Source of the DNA: Okamejei kenojei
Lineage: Eukaryota
DNA length: 64,000 nt
NCBI GenBank assembly: GCA_035221665.1
Contig: CM069138.1
Location: 22,506,001 to 22,570,000, forward strand
Direction: 5' to 3'
Shown: piece by piece, positions 62,323 to 64,000 of the stretch
How positions within the stretch are numbered: position 1 is the stretch's first letter
Layout of the letters: every line of letters begins with the position of its first letter
Translations under genes and position numbers: made by a program
The notes under the pieces: generated by a model
Seen by the model: the letters and a program-made list of their open reading frames with translations, nothing else
What the model was told of the DNA's origin: nothing
Databases searched by the model: none

Positions 62323-63520
62323 ATTACTAAAAGTCTGATCTTGACTTCTCCCTGTTGTTTTGTATAATGATTTTAGATAAAACGCTGCCACATATGGCTG
62401 TGATTTTTGGCCATCTAACTCCGCTGTGCAGGACAAGAGGATTTTTCCCATTGATAAAAAATAAAAGACTTATTAGTGTTTAAAAAATGTTGACATTCTC
62501 TCTCCTGAAGGCCACGCCCCTTCCGGAGGGACGATAAAACCCAGAATGTGTTGAGTGCCTCAGTCAGTCTCTGCAAGATGGGGGAGCGAGAGGGTCACGT
62601 TTCTCGGTCTCAGCTGTGAATAACACTGAACACATGTCTACAAAACTGTGAGTGTGGTTTTACTGACCTTGAGTGTCCTTAATCTGGTTTGAAAATGAAA
62701 ATGTGGTTGGTTTGAAATAAAGCACAGCAAATCGTGGTTGGTGGTGGTTGGTTTGAAATAAAGCACTGCAAATGGTTGTTGGTGGGGGTTGGTTTGATAT
62801 AAAGCACTGCAAATGGTTGTTGGTGGTGGTTGGTTTGAAATAAAGCACTACAAATGGTTGTTGGTGGTTTGTTTGAAATAAAGCACTGCACATGGTTGTT
62901 GGTGGTGGTTGGTTTGATATAAAGCACTGTAAATGGTTGTTGGTGGTGGTAGGTTTGAAATAAAGCACGGCAAATGGTGGTTGGTTTGAAATAAAGCACT
63001 GCAAATGGTTGTTGGTTTGAAATAAAGCACTGCAAATGATTGTTGGTTTGAAATAAAGCACTGCAAATGGCTGTTGGTGGTGGTTGGTTGAAAATAAAGC
63101 ACTACAAATGGTTGTTGGTGATGGTTGGTTCGAAATGGCAAATGATTAAATGTCTAAACTTGACCACTTCCTGTTCGCACTGTATATTGATTTTATATAA
63201 AACACTACCACTTACGCTGTGATTTTTGGCCATCTTACTCAGTCCCTCTCCGCTCATCAGGTACAGAGGCTTCTTCCCAGCAATGAAAAATAAAAGTGTT
63301 ATTAGTGTTTAAAAAATGTTGAGAATCTCTCTCCTGTCAATCACGCCACGAAGGCCACGCTCCTTCCTGTGTTAGGGGAGAGGGATTATAAAACCCAGAA
63401 ATGTGGGTGTGGCTCAGTCTCTGCAAGATGGAGGAGGGAGAGGTCACGACTCTGTCTGAGCTGTGAATCAACTGAACACACTGAATGGCACTGAACTGTG
63501 AGTATGATGTTTATCTGGTG
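62323..63520 (+). mobile_element. Non-autonomous Helitron (same family as 9610-11664), two modules plus minisatellite, interrupted by DIRS
   Basis: attactaaaagtctgatcttgac start; modules match the reverse complement of 10060-10330 and 11280-11660; repeat ggttggtttgaaataaagcactgcaaat at 62700-63140. Confidence 0.8.
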
Positions 63521-64000
63521 TTTTACTTCGGTGTGACGTGACTGATTCCGTGAACAACCCCACCAGTCTGCATGGGTGTCATTATGTCTGACACATGGCG
63601 CAGCGACCGGCTGGGAGGAGCATCGCTCCTCCAGCGGTAAGTTTTATAAACCCTCAGGAAAATGTAAAACTTAGTCGGAGGTCATTTTCTACACATGATA
63701 ACTCTTGTTTTCAGGAGCAAGTCCAAGTATGGAGAAAGCGTGGAGGGTGAAGTCAGAGCGAGCCGCTGGCTGAGTACTTATGGAAGATCGCGGAAGTGCG
63801 GGAAGCAGGTGGACGCCTAGCTCACCTACCGAGTCGCTAGCGGTATGACCAGCGACTGCAGGCTTGGTGTCTGAAAGCACCGTGGCTGCTCCATTTGAGG
63901 GGAAAGCCAACAAAAAGTCTGCATGGCCCGCAGACTCAGACGAGTCGGGCTGGGAGGATTCCCCTCTGGGAATGGATAACGTCTTAGGACGGTTGTCCAG
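63521..64000 (+). mobile_element. DIRS1-like element, left terminus (runs off the window)
   Basis: ttttacttcggtgtgacgtgactgattccgtgaacaacccc resembles 47756-47800; conserved gcggtaagttt. Confidence 0.85.

Noticed and set aside
62660-63141. Repetitive ORFs on the minus strand
   Set aside because: Helitron-internal minisatellite.

Overview
Vertebrate genomic DNA, most likely from a cartilaginous fish (skate/ray-like). This is inferred from the V-SINE/HE1-type SINEs that share a CR1 tail and from the repeat landscape; it is not proven. The window is almost entirely a nested transposon graveyard: CR1, Rex1/Babar and L1 LINEs, Penelope-like elements (one near-intact RT+GIY-YIG copy with a 13-bp TSD), four same-strand DIRS1-like tyrosine-recombinase retrotransposons (one complete with ITRs and ICR), non-autonomous Helitrons, a 5.9-kb hAT shell, a Harbinger MITE, tRNA-derived SINEs and a family of GC-rich non-autonomous retroelements. 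The only convincing host coding sequence is one Ig-superfamily exon (46787-47137, +) encoding an antigen-receptor-like V domain already fused in the germline to a J motif (FGNGTQLNVT), with no RSS. It is followed 161 bp later by a second, free-standing J-like copy with its own splice donor. No C exon is visible in the remaining 17 kb. Other notable items: hammerhead-ribozyme cores in the Penelope 3' ends, conserved splice donors in the DIRS leaders, and an inverted duplication that may hide fossil Ig V exons. There are two assembly gaps. Most listed ORFs are antisense or repeat artefacts.
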